From the NCBI GenBank assembly GCA_963796965.1, contig CAWCNS010000004.1, forward strand, positions 512,001 to 576,000: a stretch of DNA of 64,000 bases, in the 5' to 3' direction. Source of the stretch: Calditrichia bacterium (GTDB taxonomy: Bacteria; Calditrichota; Calditrichia; JAJRVZ01). How positions within the stretch are numbered: position 1 is the first letter of the stretch; every line of letters starts with the position of its first letter. Made by a program: the position numbers and the translations under genes. The notes under the pieces were generated by a model. It did no database searches. It was not told the DNA's origin and saw only the letters and a program-made list of their open reading frames with translations. This document shows, one piece after another, positions 1 through 11,072 of the stretch.

Positions 1-404
1 TGGGATTGCCCGTTCTGGGAAGTGGTAATTCATTTTTAGAAATGACTATCCGGAAATTAAAAATTGGTGAGCAAGTCCCCTTTCCAGAGAATGAAATTCG
101 CACGCCGATTGATGTTGTAACTTTGGGTGCTGCACTGGTGGAATTGGCTGGAAATGATTATAGGGGCATTCTTCACCTGGCTGGTAATGACCGTGTTAAC
201 CGTTATGAAATGGCCTGTCAGATTGCTGTTAGTCTGGGATATTCACCTGATTTGATCATTGCTTCCAATTCAAATGCCTTGGCGGGGCGGGCACCGCGTC
301 CAAATGACGCCTCATTAAACAATAGCAAAACCAAAAAAATATTAAGCACGCCCATGCAGTCTTTACAACAGGGATTGCAAGTGACACTAAACTTTCGAAA
401 ATAG
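1..404 (+). CDS. dTDP-4-dehydrorhamnose reductase (RmlD)-like extended SDR, C-terminal part (5' truncated by window edge)
   Basis: RTPIDV, GILHLAG..RVNRYEMA and RAPRPNDASLNNSK match the RmlD substrate-binding region; the frame is open to the window start. Confidence 0.75.
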   Translation, partial: GLPVLGSGNSFLEMTIRKLKIGEQVPFPENEIRTPIDVVTLGAALVELAGNDYRGILHLAGNDRVNRYEMACQIAVSLGYSPDLIIASNSNALAGRAPRPNDASLNNSKTKKILSTPMQSLQQGLQVTLNFRK

Positions 405-416
405 AGGATTCAGACG

Positions 417-1619
417 ATGGGTAATCCGGAAATAAAACATGATTTACAGATAAAATTTGGCAGCATGTATGGACCGGAAGAAGAGGCGGCAGCTCTGGAG
501 GTATTGCGGAAAGATGCACCTACCAGTGGTGATTATTGCATTCAGTTTGAAAAAAATTTTGCAGAATATTGCGGTACCGAATTTGCCCGCGTAGTGAGCA
601 ATGGTACGGCCGCCCTTTTTCTTTCCATGGTTGGCCTTGATGTTGGTTCGGGAGACCATGTAATCACGACACCACTGACCTGGATTGCTACCGCAGCAGC
701 CCCTGTCACCCTTGGCGCGGAGTTGGATTTTGCAGATATTGATCCGCTAACCTATAATATAGATCCTGCTTCGCTGGCAGAGAAAATTAAGCCAAATACT
801 AAGGCAGTTATCCCTGTCCACCTTTATGGGCAGGTATGTGATATGGATCCAATCCTGGCTCTATCAAAAAAGCATGGTTTTGCAGTCGTAGAAGATGCTT
901 GTCATGCGGTTGGTGCCGAATATCGTCATCGCAAAGCAGGTTCATTCGGGCATACGGGATGTTTTAGCTTTCACGAACAGAAAAATATGTCAACTTTAGG
1001 AGAAGGGGGTATAATTGTAACCGATGATCCGAAACTTTTCGAGCGAATTGCTCTTTATCGATCCCATTGTACCCGTGTCCATGGATCAAGTACAAAATAT
1101 TGTAAATTGGATGAGCAACAATTCCCGGTCGGAAAAAAATTCTGGTGGCAGGATTTTGATGACTGTGGTTATAATTTTCGGATGACGGATATTCAGGCCG
1201 CGGTGGGTATTGAACAACTTAAAAAGCTTGACAAACTAAATCAAAGACGCATTGATAATGCGGCTTACCTTTCCGATAATCTGAATGATCTGGATGGGCT
1301 GTCTCTGCCATTTGTCCAATCTGAAAATAAACATGTTTTTCATCTTTATCCTATAATGATAGATCCGGATGTGTTTGGTATGAATAAGGAAGATTTTATA
1401 TACAATTTGTATCATAAGTATGGCATTAAAGTAGGCTTTCATTATATTCCTCTAAATTGGACAACAGCATTTCAAAACCGAGGTTTTAAAAGAGGTCAGT
1501 ATCCAAACGCTGATAGAGTAGGGGAGCAATTGATTACATTACCAATTAATCCAAGGCAAAATATAGAATCCCTGGACTATATGATTGAGAGTATCAGGAA
1601 ATTATCTATTCTTGTTTAG
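417..1619 (+). CDS. DegT/DnrJ/EryC1/StrS family PLP-dependent sugar aminotransferase
   Basis: SNGTAAL, IPVHLYGQ, VVEDACHAVG, SFHEQKNMSTLGEGG (PLP lysine), GYNFRMTDIQAA; GAGGA SD upstream. Confidence 0.93.
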   Translation: MGNPEIKHDLQIKFGSMYGPEEEAAALEVLRKDAPTSGDYCIQFEKNFAEYCGTEFARVVSNGTAALFLSMVGLDVGSGDHVITTPLTWIATAAAPVTLGAELDFADIDPLTYNIDPASLAEKIKPNTKAVIPVHLYGQVCDMDPILALSKKHGFAVVEDACHAVGAEYRHRKAGSFGHTGCFSFHEQKNMSTLGEGGIIVTDDPKLFERIALYRSHCTRVHGSSTKYCKLDEQQFPVGKKFWWQDFDDCGYNFRMTDIQAAVGIEQLKKLDKLNQRRIDNAAYLSDNLNDLDGLSLPFVQSENKHVFHLYPIMIDPDVFGMNKEDFIYNLYHKYGIKVGFHYIPLNWTTAFQNRGFKRGQYPNADRVGEQLITLPINPRQNIESLDYMIESIRKLSILV

Positions 1620-1758
1620 AAAGAAAATAAAGGCTACACAAATTCTGATCATAGAGTGGAAATTGCAGGCTTTTTAACTGATATATTTCTTTTGGAACGG
1701 GCAGTTTCTATCTAATCGCCAAGAGAAGTATTGAAAAGAGATTTAAAGGAGAATTTTA

Positions 1759-3555
1759 ATGGTTAAGAGAATTAATCGTTTTTATTTACTAATGGCACTT
1801 GTCATTATAGGGTTGGCATCCTGTTCAGAGGATACAACGTCTGTAAAGAATGTTATGGATGATGTTGTTACCCGTTTCTATCAAACGATGGATCAAAAAG
1901 AACTGTCATCTCTCACAACTGAAAAAATAATGACGTTACTAACGCCAGAAGAAAAACAGATACTGGCCACCCGATTTTGGATGTTTGATGTAAATGTACC
2001 TGTTACGGTTTCTCTCATGCGTCATGTTGATCAGAAAGATATACCTTTCTGGATCGGGGAAAACGGTTTTAAAAAGACTGATTTGATTGTGCGCAATGAG
2101 GAATATACTTATGAGGTTTGGCAGAAAGATTTTAAATCTGGTCGGATAGAATTAGGTATCAATGGTTTTGACAAGCATCGCTCTCATTATTTTGTAGCCA
2201 TTGGACCTAAAAATCCCAAGAATAAAGTAGTCTTAAGTAATTTCTATCCCGCAAACCAGCATATTGAAAAAATGGTTGTCGGCGCCTTTACCTATCATGA
2301 TTGGGATGAATTAGTGTTAATTGAAGTACCCGACGAATTAGAAGATCAGCAGATGCTGACGACAATCCGCGGGCGTGCACGCGAAGCGCACTTGATCCAT
2401 GCTTTTAGAGATACCCCATTCCCCTCATCGGTTAAGCCGGATCAGATCATGCTAACCTGGGGAAAAGATCCACGGACAACTCAATCCATTCAATGGCGAA
2501 CCAATACAAGAGTAACGCAAGGGGCCGTTCGGTTCTGGCCCGTGGGCTCGATAGAGAAAACCGGCTCTAAAGTGATTGCTGCCACGAGCAAATTAATGGA
2601 AGATCGCTTGCTCCAAAATGACCGCTACATTCATCGTTTTACAGCAGAGTTAGAAAACCTCAAGCCCGGTTCAGCCTACAATTATCGTGTCGGTAATCCT
2701 CAGGACTATTCCTGGTCTTCGATTCATGAATTTAGAACAGCACCGGATGGTGATATGCCTTTTTCCTTTGTTTATTTTGGAGATACACATCGTTCACCAC
2801 ATTGGGGAGAATTAATAAATAAGGCCTTTGAACGACATCCGAATACCGCCTTCTACTCTATTGGTGGAGACATCGTTAGCACTGGTTTAAATCGTGATGA
2901 TTGGGATAAGCTCTTTGAGTATTCGAAAAATGTCATCAGCGAAAGACCGCTTATGTCAACATTGGGGAATCATGATAGCCAGGATGGTCTTGGTGTATGG
3001 ATGTATCTGGACCTCTTTGATTTGCCCAAGAATGGCCCTGCTGAACTGGAGCCCGAACGCACCTATAGTTTTGAATATGGAAACGCTCTTTTTCTTATGG
3101 TAGATGCTACAGCCAAGAATGAAATCAATACCCGCTGGCTGGAAAGCCAGTTGTCGGAATCCAAGACCATTTGGAAGTTTGCCATATTTCATTTTCCACC
3201 CTATGTGGCGATCGATGACCATGATACGGATTATAAAGATATTCGCGAACAATGGGGAAGAATTTTTGATAAATACCATGTGGATATGGTTCTCTCCGGC
3301 CATGTTCATCATTATATGCGTTCGAAACCGATATATGATCAGAAAGTCGTATCAAATCCTTCAGATGGGACAATCTATATCATATCCATTGGTATTCCCA
3401 ACCGCGAACATGAAATGCAAAATATGGATTTTGTAGAAAAAGGATATCAGGGTGAGGGACTCTATCAGACTTTTGATATTGATGGGAATAAACTGAGTTA
3501 CCGAAGTTATAATTTGGAAGGCAAAATAATAGACGAAATGAGAATCAATAAATAA
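1759..3555 (+). CDS. Purple acid phosphatase-like metallophosphoesterase lipoprotein with FN3-like domain and long N-terminal extension
   Basis: Lipobox LASC; metallophos motifs GDTH, GGDIV, GNHD, FHFPPY, SGHVHHY; LKPGSAYNYRVG FN3-like segment; AAGGAG SD. Confidence 0.85.
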   Translation: MVKRINRFYLLMALVIIGLASCSEDTTSVKNVMDDVVTRFYQTMDQKELSSLTTEKIMTLLTPEEKQILATRFWMFDVNVPVTVSLMRHVDQKDIPFWIGENGFKKTDLIVRNEEYTYEVWQKDFKSGRIELGINGFDKHRSHYFVAIGPKNPKNKVVLSNFYPANQHIEKMVVGAFTYHDWDELVLIEVPDELEDQQMLTTIRGRAREAHLIHAFRDTPFPSSVKPDQIMLTWGKDPRTTQSIQWRTNTRVTQGAVRFWPVGSIEKTGSKVIAATSKLMEDRLLQNDRYIHRFTAELENLKPGSAYNYRVGNPQDYSWSSIHEFRTAPDGDMPFSFVYFGDTHRSPHWGELINKAFERHPNTAFYSIGGDIVSTGLNRDDWDKLFEYSKNVISERPLMSTLGNHDSQDGLGVWMYLDLFDLPKNGPAELEPERTYSFEYGNALFLMVDATAKNEINTRWLESQLSESKTIWKFAIFHFPPYVAIDDHDTDYKDIREQWGRIFDKYHVDMVLSGHVHHYMRSKPIYDQKVVSNPSDGTIYIISIGIPNREHEMQNMDFVEKGYQGEGLYQTFDIDGNKLSYRSYNLEGKIIDEMRINK

Positions 3556-3585
3556 ACTCAATTATGATTTGATTGTATTTATTTC

Positions 3586-3610
3586 CTCAGGCTAAAACGC
3601 AAAGGCGCAG
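3586..3610. repeat. Degenerate solo arm of the CGCAAAG-unit intergenic repeat family
   Basis: GCTAAAACGCAAAGGCGCAG just downstream of the phosphatase stop; resembles the arms at 13355 and 20562. Confidence 0.4.
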
Positions 3611-3759
3611 TATTTTTTTTAAGAAAAAAGATAAAAGAAAAAGGAAAAGAGATTTTTTTGTCTTCCCGAGGAAATCTTTCGTGTTGTCTTTTCTTCACGT
3701 GGGAAGATCCCTTCGGGATCACTGATTGTGTAAAAGAATGTTGAATTCAACCCTAACTA

Positions 3760-3787
3760 TTGACTTTTGTTATGATAATTGTATTAT
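3760..3787 (+). promoter_or_regulatory. Candidate sigma70-type promoter for the ABC module
   Basis: TTGACT (3760-3765), 16-nt spacer, TATTAT (3782-3787); AT-rich context makes chance matches possible. Confidence 0.4.
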
Positions 3788-3815
3788 TGTGTAATTTAAT
3801 TTGAAATGGATATCA

Positions 3816-4961
3816 ATGAACCTACGTCTTATTCAAAAAGAAATATTTCATAGAAAAATAAATTTTCTTCTTTCTGTCCTGGCTATTGTCATAGGGGTGG
3901 CCCTGTTTGTTGCCTTTTATACCATGAGTGAAGCATCTAATAGAGAAACAATTCGCCTAACCCGGGATATGGGATTTAATTTGCGCATTGTACCTAAAGA
4001 AACAAATATGGATAAATTTTGGCATCTTGGATATTCTGAACATACAATGCCACAGGAAAATGTGGTAAAATTTATGTCATTTAAGGAGTTCTCCTTTGCG
4101 CATTTAACGGCAACACTTCATCATAAATTATTATGGCGGGGTATGGATATAGTGCTTACGGGTATCTCAGACGAGCTAGAGCCCTCGGGTAGGGAGAAAA
4201 CACCGATGATCCATATTATTAAACCAGGAGATCTTATCCTCGGGTTTGAAGTTGCCAATAAATTGGATCTCAACCAGGGTGATCGTGTTGATCTGATAGG
4301 AAAAGAATTTATTGTGTCAAAAACGCTATCCGAAAGTGGTAGTATGGATGATATTCGAATGTATGCCAGACTCGAAGAGATTCAGGCGATTCTGGGTATG
4401 GAAGGTCGGGTAAATGAAATCAGGGCGTTGAACTGTCTTTGTCTCACTACCGGAAATGAAGATCCGCTAATCATTCTAAGAGAACAATTGGAACAGGTCC
4501 TGCCCCAATCCAGAATTATCATGGATAAAAATATTGCCATGGCCCGGGAAAGACAACGCCTGATGTTTGAAAAGTATTTTGCATTTATCATTCCATTTGT
4601 TGTCGTCACCTGCGCAATATGGATCGCGGCAATGATCCTGATAAACGTCAGAGATCGAAAACAGGAAATAGGTATACTTCGTGCTTTGGGATATGGAGGA
4701 GGATATATTGCCACACTTTTTCTGGGGAAAGCTGTTTTATTTGGTCTTTTGGGTGCAATCCTTGGATTTTTTATCGGTTCTGCACTTTCATTAATTTACG
4801 GCCCTGATATTTTCCTGGTTACGGCCAGTTCGGTAAAACCGATATATAGTCTATTAGGCTGGTCCATACTGGCAGCCACGGTTTTCTCTGTCACCTCGGC
4901 CTTATTACCAACAATGATTGCAATAACACAGGATCCCGCTCAAACTTTGAGGGGAGAATAA
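3816..4961 (+). CDS. FtsX/MacB-family ABC transporter permease
   Basis: N-terminal TM, large periplasmic domain, three C-terminal TMs, NVRDRKQEIGILRALG and DPAQTLR motifs; start ATG 3816 or TTG 3801. Confidence 0.88.
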   Translation: MNLRLIQKEIFHRKINFLLSVLAIVIGVALFVAFYTMSEASNRETIRLTRDMGFNLRIVPKETNMDKFWHLGYSEHTMPQENVVKFMSFKEFSFAHLTATLHHKLLWRGMDIVLTGISDELEPSGREKTPMIHIIKPGDLILGFEVANKLDLNQGDRVDLIGKEFIVSKTLSESGSMDDIRMYARLEEIQAILGMEGRVNEIRALNCLCLTTGNEDPLIILREQLEQVLPQSRIIMDKNIAMARERQRLMFEKYFAFIIPFVVVTCAIWIAAMILINVRDRKQEIGILRALGYGGGYIATLFLGKAVLFGLLGAILGFFIGSALSLIYGPDIFLVTASSVKPIYSLLGWSILAATVFSVTSALLPTMIAITQDPAQTLRGE

Positions 4962-4963
4962 AA

Positions 4964-5623
4964 ATGATCAGCATGGAAAAAATTTGCAAAAATTATGACA
5001 AGGGATCTGTCAGAGTTAAGGCATTGGATGACATAAACCTGCAGGTCAAAGAAGGAGAATTTTTGGTCATTCGTGGTCCAAGTGGGAGTGGAAAATCAAC
5101 ATTACTTTTAACCATTGGCGGAATGCTGCATCCTGACAAGGGAGATGTCTCTATTGATCAACAAAATATTTACGCGCTCTCAAACAAAGACCGTGCTAAA
5201 TTCCGTGCAGAGAAAATAGGTTTTGTTTTTCAACTATTTCATTTGCTACCCTATTTGGATTGTTTTGATAATATTTTATTACCGGGTGGTTTAAATAAAA
5301 GAGAATCTTTGAATGATGATGTAAATTCGTTGGTTGAGCGTCTGGGATTAACTAAGCGAACGGATCATAAACCCTCAGAACTAAGTATTGGTGAACGCCA
5401 GCGAACAGCCATTGCAAGAGCTTTACTCAATAATCCAGAGATTATTCTGGCTGATGAACCAACCGGAAATCTCGATCCGGAAAATGCTACAGAGGTTATT
5501 GGATATTTATCGGAATTTCATAAAAATAATGGTACGGTCATTTTGGTCACTCATGGAAATATGGCTGATCAATTTGCAGATCGTATTGTTTATTTAAAAG
5601 AGGGTTGTCTGGAAACGTCTTAG
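4964..5623 (+). CDS. ABC transporter ATP-binding protein (LolD/MacB type)
   Basis: Walker A GPSGSGKST, signature LSIGERQR, Walker B IILADEPTGNLD, VTH switch. Confidence 0.95.
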   Translation: MISMEKICKNYDKGSVRVKALDDINLQVKEGEFLVIRGPSGSGKSTLLLTIGGMLHPDKGDVSIDQQNIYALSNKDRAKFRAEKIGFVFQLFHLLPYLDCFDNILLPGGLNKRESLNDDVNSLVERLGLTKRTDHKPSELSIGERQRTAIARALLNNPEIILADEPTGNLDPENATEVIGYLSEFHKNNGTVILVTHGNMADQFADRIVYLKEGCLETS

Positions 5624-5794
5624 TTTGAATCCATTGTTCCATAAATCTTTTTTTCTTTTTTAAATCTAAACGACCAGAGCTCGTCAAAGCGGAAGAGTGA
5701 GCCCTAAATTTTCTGTGGCTAATAAATTATTTTGGCTAAACTATAAATAAACTTCGTAAGTGGCAATACACATCTCATAATTGAAGGGATAAAT

Positions 5795-8700
5795 ATGTAC
5801 TACTCAATTGTATGTAAAAACAAAAATCGAATGATGAATTCGAGCCGTTTCATCACTGGATTGCTGCTAATCATGGTTGCTATAATCGGGATTCATTGTG
5901 ATAGTGAGCAGAGAACCCAGCACACATCCGGTAATGAAATTTTGGAGAAAATTAATGTGTCTCGTGGCATTTGTGTGTTATTGGATGATAAGAAATGCGA
6001 AGTCGCTTTAGATCTTTTGAAGAAAAGTGAGTTGGTTCTGTTTGTTCAGTTATCACATGATGCTGATGTAGAGATCGCTAGGCAAATTGCTGATTCTGTC
6101 GGATATTATGGGACACGAATATATGTGGAAAAGAATTCAACCGGAAAAATTAATCTGGCCGATAATATTGCAGATGCTGTTATAGGTCCTGGGTAATGAG
6201 AAGTATGATGAACAGGAAGTTCTTAGAGTCTTGCGTCCGAATGGAAGGGGATTGTTAAATCAGAAAGAAATAGTTAAATCTTTTCCCGAGGGAGTAGATG
6301 ACTGGACGCATCCTTATCACGGTCCTGATAACAATACCCAGTCCAAAGACCGTGTCATTAAGGCCCCATACTTAACGCAGTTTCTGGCTGAACCGCATTA
6401 CGGCCCCGTAACCCAGGTTACTGTTGCTTCTAATGGGATCGTATTTAAAGGATTTGGAAATGTTGCATTTCATGAAAGGGAAGAGGAGTTCCTAAATACC
6501 CTGGTGGCGTTTAATGGATATAATGGAACAATGTTGTGGAAACGTGACCTGGTTCCGGGAATTATGCTTCATCGGAATACGATGATTGCATCGCCTCATA
6601 CACTTTATGTTGGCGATGATAAATCCTGCAAGTTAATCGATCCACAGACAGGACGATTGAAAGATGAAATTATTCCGGACGTTGACATGGCCGGCGGTAC
6701 TTTTTGGAAATGGATGGCCTTGGAAGATGATGTACTATTTGCCGTAATCGGAGAGCAGGAGCAAAAAGATCCGGTGATGCGTTGGCGTCGTCAAAAGCAT
6801 GGCTGGCCCTGGACCGGAATTTCCAAAGGATTCAACCAATCTGAACACGACTGGGGATTTGGAAACGATCTGCTTGCTCTTGATTCGGAAAGTGGTGATA
6901 TCCTCTGGCGTCATCATGAAGATGAAGCGATGGATACACGTGCTGTTTGTATGAAGAATGGCAGGATTTATATTTTCAGGTTTGGAACTTATCTGGCCTG
7001 TCTGGATGCAGAATCCGGTGATGAAATCTGGAAAAAGACAATAGAAGATTCTCCGGAATTATTTGAGGCAATCGGAGAATATCTCCCACGGCAAAGTTAC
7101 GATACCAATTGGCGAACGAGAAATTATATTACGGCCGGCGATGATGCCCTCTATTTTGCAGGCCCACAGATTGATAAATTATTAGCTGTTTCAACAGAGG
7201 ATGGCTCTCCACTTTGGAGTGATCCTTTTAATAATTATCAGGTCGTTTTGAGGGAAGATGGACTCTATGCGATCAGTGGACCGTGGGGTCAAAAAGTCAG
7301 TAAAAAATTTGATCCCCTAACCGGTGCTGTTCTGGCCGAGTTACCTACAGGTCGCCGGGCCTGTACGCGGCCAAGCGGATCCGCCGATGCCCTCTTTTTT
7401 CGGGCCAGCGGCGGAACGGTGCGTTTTGATCTGGCCAGCAAGGAACCACAGTGGATATCACCCATGCGTCCATCCTGTCAGGATGGGGTAACTATTGCTA
7501 ATGGACTTTTATACTGGTGGCCCTATGTTTGTGATTGTCAGCTCTCAATTTATGGCGTAACTTCTTTAGCTCCTGCCGGAGATTTTGAGTTTAATAAAAA
7601 TGCCACAATCGCTGACCGCCTGGAAAAAGGATCGGTCGATGTAAATACAGTCCAAACCCTGGTTAACACCTCGGCGGATTGGCCAACCTTCCGCAAAAAT
7701 AATACGGGAAATGTCAAATCCGATGCCATTATTTCAAAAGAGGGGATCCCACGCTGGAAATATCCCGATATACCGGATTATTATTCAGCGACAAATGTAT
7801 TAGGACATGCCCATTACACGGTCCCGACGGCGCCGGTAACGGTTGATGGAATGGTTTATTACGGCAGTTCAGACGGAATTGTTAGAGCGCTGGACGTAAC
7901 ATCTGGAAAAGTACTCTGGAAGGCATATACCGGTGGCGCAATAAAAATTCCGCCTACGGTCTGGCAGGGACATGTATTGGTTGGCTCTGGTGATGGCTAT
8001 GTCTATAATTTGTCGGCCAGAACTGGTGCATTGGTGTGGCGATTCCGTGCAGCCCCGGAAGAAAGAAAGATCCCGGTTTATGGACGGTTACTTTCTACCT
8101 GGCCGGCAGCCAGCGGTATTCTTGTTGAAGATGGTATCGCTTACGTGGCTGCAGGGATCATAAATTATGACGGAACACATGTATATGCCCTTGATGCTAA
8201 AACCGGTGAAATTAAATGGCAGAATAACAGTTCCGGACACCTTTTACCTGAAGCTCGCACTGGTGCCAGTGTGCTTGGCCATATGATTGTGGATAAGAAA
8301 AAACTTTATCTGGCCAGTGGAACGTCTCTATCTCCGGCCATCTATGATCTTGCCACTGGTAAATGTCTCAACGACCCTGAACCCCTGAAAAAAACCGAAT
8401 CCTATGCGCCGCGGGGCTGGGAATTGTATAAAATCGGTGATAACGTAGTTGCCGGGGGAAAACCCTATTATAGCCATCCCCGACACGAGGTGTACGATGT
8501 TACAGTCCAGAACAAGATTTTGCATACCTCTACGGGCAGCCGGGATATTTTGTGGGTCAACCAGAGAAAGGTTATGTGTTATCCGCCAATCAATAAAGCA
8601 ACTTTGAATAAATGTACCACTAATCCCCAATTTACCGGTTATATTGCACCAATATGGGGAAATTTGGATCTTGATAGCGAACCCTATTGGGAATATAATT

Positions 8701-9608
8701 GTGATGGCAGCATGGCCGTGGCCTTATGCAAAAATGCGGTTGTCGTAGCTGAAAAAACAGAAGTGGTCGTTCTGAACCTCCGCGATGGTAAAATAATGTG
8801 GTCCTATCCCCTGGAATATCCACCGGTTCCCTGGGGTCTTACTGTCAGCAGAGATGGAAAGATTGTGGTTGTGCTTGAAGACGGCTCCGTACATTGTTTC
8901 GGCGGTGATCCAACGGTGCCAATTCCCTATGTAAGTTCAGAGAATAATTATTTTGTCGGTTCGGCAAAGGTAACCCTGGCCTGTGATATCAAAGGGACAA
9001 GTATCTATTATACGCTCGACGGCAGTGAGCCAACAAAAAATTCCCCTCGTTATACTGGCCCTTTTCAATTAAATGAATCAAAGACATTAATGATGCGTGC
9101 TTATGCCGGAAACCGTGCCCCCAGTTTTGCTGTCACCGAACAGTTCAGGAAAGTTGAATATGCCCTTGCTCAGCATGCGGGAAATATAAAGCTGGGTATC
9201 TCCTATGATTATTTTATCGGTTCATTTATGAAAGTAGCGGATATGGATAAGAAAAAACCGGTGAAATCCGGGGTTAATGATCGTATAGGATATAAATCCG
9301 GACTGGGCGGAAACGAGTTTGGCTATATTTTTCATGGCTATATTCTTATCCCGGAAGATGATATCTATACATTTTATTTAAGGTCAAACGATGGCAGTAA
9401 ACTATATATCAACAACGAGGAATTGATTGACAATGACGGACCGCATACGTCCATGGAAAAATCTGCCAAGATTGCCCTCAAAGGCGGTGAATATCCAATT
9501 ATGGTTAAATATTTTCAGATGGGTGGGGGAAAAGAATTACGCCTGAGTTGGGAAAGCAAAAATATCGAAAAACAAGAGATAACAGCCGAGGTTCTTTTTC
9601 ATAAATAG
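5795..9608 (+). CDS. Large exported PQQ-like beta-propeller repeat protein with degenerate methyltransferase-like N-domain and C-terminal CHB_HEX_C-like and PA14 domains (one +1 frameshift near 6185)
   Basis: Removing one G at 6185/6186 joins ORFs 5795-6196 and 6231-9608 as DAVIVLGNEKYDEQEVLRVLRPNG; repeated ALDxxxGxxLW blades; IYYTLDGSEP; YTFYLRSNDGSKLYIN..DNDGPH (PA14). Confidence 0.8.
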
Positions 9609-9644
9609 TTAATAATACCATTCGTCTACTTTAATTATTTTTGG

Positions 9645-9740
9645 GTCATCCTGTTAAGGATCTTCCTTCTTGCAGAAGCAATTTCGACAAGTGGAAAGAT
9701 TCTTTTCCCGAGACGGGATCTCGTTCCGGGACAGAATGAC
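9645..9740. repeat. Nested palindromic intergenic element (GTCATCCTG..AAGGATCTT / AAGATTCTT..CAGAATGAC)
   Basis: Outer IR 9645-9653/9732-9740 (8/9), inner IR 9656-9664/9696-9704 (8/9), with a TCCCG-AGA-CGGGA hairpin at 9706-9718. Confidence 0.65.
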
Positions 9741-9784
9741 ATCGACCAGCTCTTTTTGGTTCAGAATACAACTGAAAGAAAAAT

Positions 9785-10975
9785 ATGCATCTAAATATAT
9801 TTCGATTTTTCATCTTTTCTATACTGATACTATTTCAGGCCCAAACCGTACTTGCCTGTCGGTTCAATGTGCGTGAGACGGGATTTGTCGATTTGGGGGA
9901 TGAACGGTATTTTCTTGTCAGCTATGTTGATGATCAGACGCCAGACGATATCATTAATAGCTTTGGTGAGATATCAAAACAGATCTTGCGCGATAGTAAT
10001 ATTGAATTCACTCTCGTCAATGTCAGTAAGAATAAGGATCATCCAGCTCTTCAATACCTGCGCAAAAGTGAAAAAAACAAATTCCCGCAATTGATTCTGA
10101 TTTCCCAGGAAGGTCAGTCCCTAAATCTAGAAATAGAAACAACAAAACAGGTATTTGAAAAATCATTGAAAGAAAAACTTACGAGCCTCTTGTCCTCGCC
10201 TTTTCGAGAAAAATTACAGGATCAGCTCATCGATAATTATGGCGTTGTTCTGGTCATTGAAGGCAGTGATAACAAAGCAAATGAGAAGGCGCGTTTTGAG
10301 GCTCAGACCGCAGTGAAGAAGGTGACAAAAAAAATGGATCTGATGCCAAAAGCCATAAAAGGATCCCCACAGTTAATGGTGGTTAACTATAAGGATCATA
10401 AAGAAGAAGCCCTACTGTTTTGGATTCTGGGTCTTGCGCCTCGTCAAATGAACAAGACCCATGCGGTCATATTTTATGGAAGATCTCGTTGGCTCGGTCC
10501 TTTATTCCGTGGTGAAGAAATTACCACAGCTAATCTTAGTGAGATTCTTTTTGTCGTCGGCGCTGACTGTGAATGTGGTTTAGATAAAAACTGGCTTCGG
10601 GGGACAACGCTACCCATGATTTGGGATAAAAAAGCCCAGGCTAAAATTTCTGAGAACCTTGGATTTGATCCGGAAAACCCGATGATTAAAATTGAAGTAA
10701 GCCGGATAATGAGAACCGAGCATTTCCGGCCTTCAAATGATATTCCTGCACCAGATGTTCATACCCGCGCAGATTCAACAGATATGCCCCGCAAGGGTAT
10801 TGGCTATGACAATGAAAATGCAGCAAAAACTGATATTACCGTCGATGCAGATTCATCTCACCAAATGGACGGATCTCTTTTGTCCACATCAGTTATTGTA
10901 ACGGTCGGAATTCTTGCCCTGCTTTTTATTGTGGGAAGTATCATCATTTTTCGCCGATCAAAAAATAATACTTAG
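9785..10975 (+). CDS. Exported, C-terminally membrane-anchored hypothetical protein, possibly thioredoxin-like, with CECG motif
   Basis: Signal peptide ending VLA-CRFNVR; DCECG motif; hydrophobic C-terminal helix followed by RRSK. Confidence 0.65.
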   Translation: MHLNIFRFFIFSILILFQAQTVLACRFNVRETGFVDLGDERYFLVSYVDDQTPDDIINSFGEISKQILRDSNIEFTLVNVSKNKDHPALQYLRKSEKNKFPQLILISQEGQSLNLEIETTKQVFEKSLKEKLTSLLSSPFREKLQDQLIDNYGVVLVIEGSDNKANEKARFEAQTAVKKVTKKMDLMPKAIKGSPQLMVVNYKDHKEEALLFWILGLAPRQMNKTHAVIFYGRSRWLGPLFRGEEITTANLSEILFVVGADCECGLDKNWLRGTTLPMIWDKKAQAKISENLGFDPENPMIKIEVSRIMRTEHFRPSNDIPAPDVHTRADSTDMPRKGIGYDNENAAKTDITVDADSSHQMDGSLLSTSVIVTVGILALLFIVGSIIIFRRSKNNT

Positions 10976-11072
10976 GATATAGCGTCGCTACCCAAACCTA
11001 TTTGGATCAAAAAAGTAAACTTCTTTTTATCTAAGTTTGGGTTCATAATATATATCAAAGGGAATAAAAGTT

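Noticed and set aside
9670..9876. 68-aa ORF between the propeller gene and 9785
   Set aside because: It runs through the palindromic repeat and overlaps the next gene out of frame
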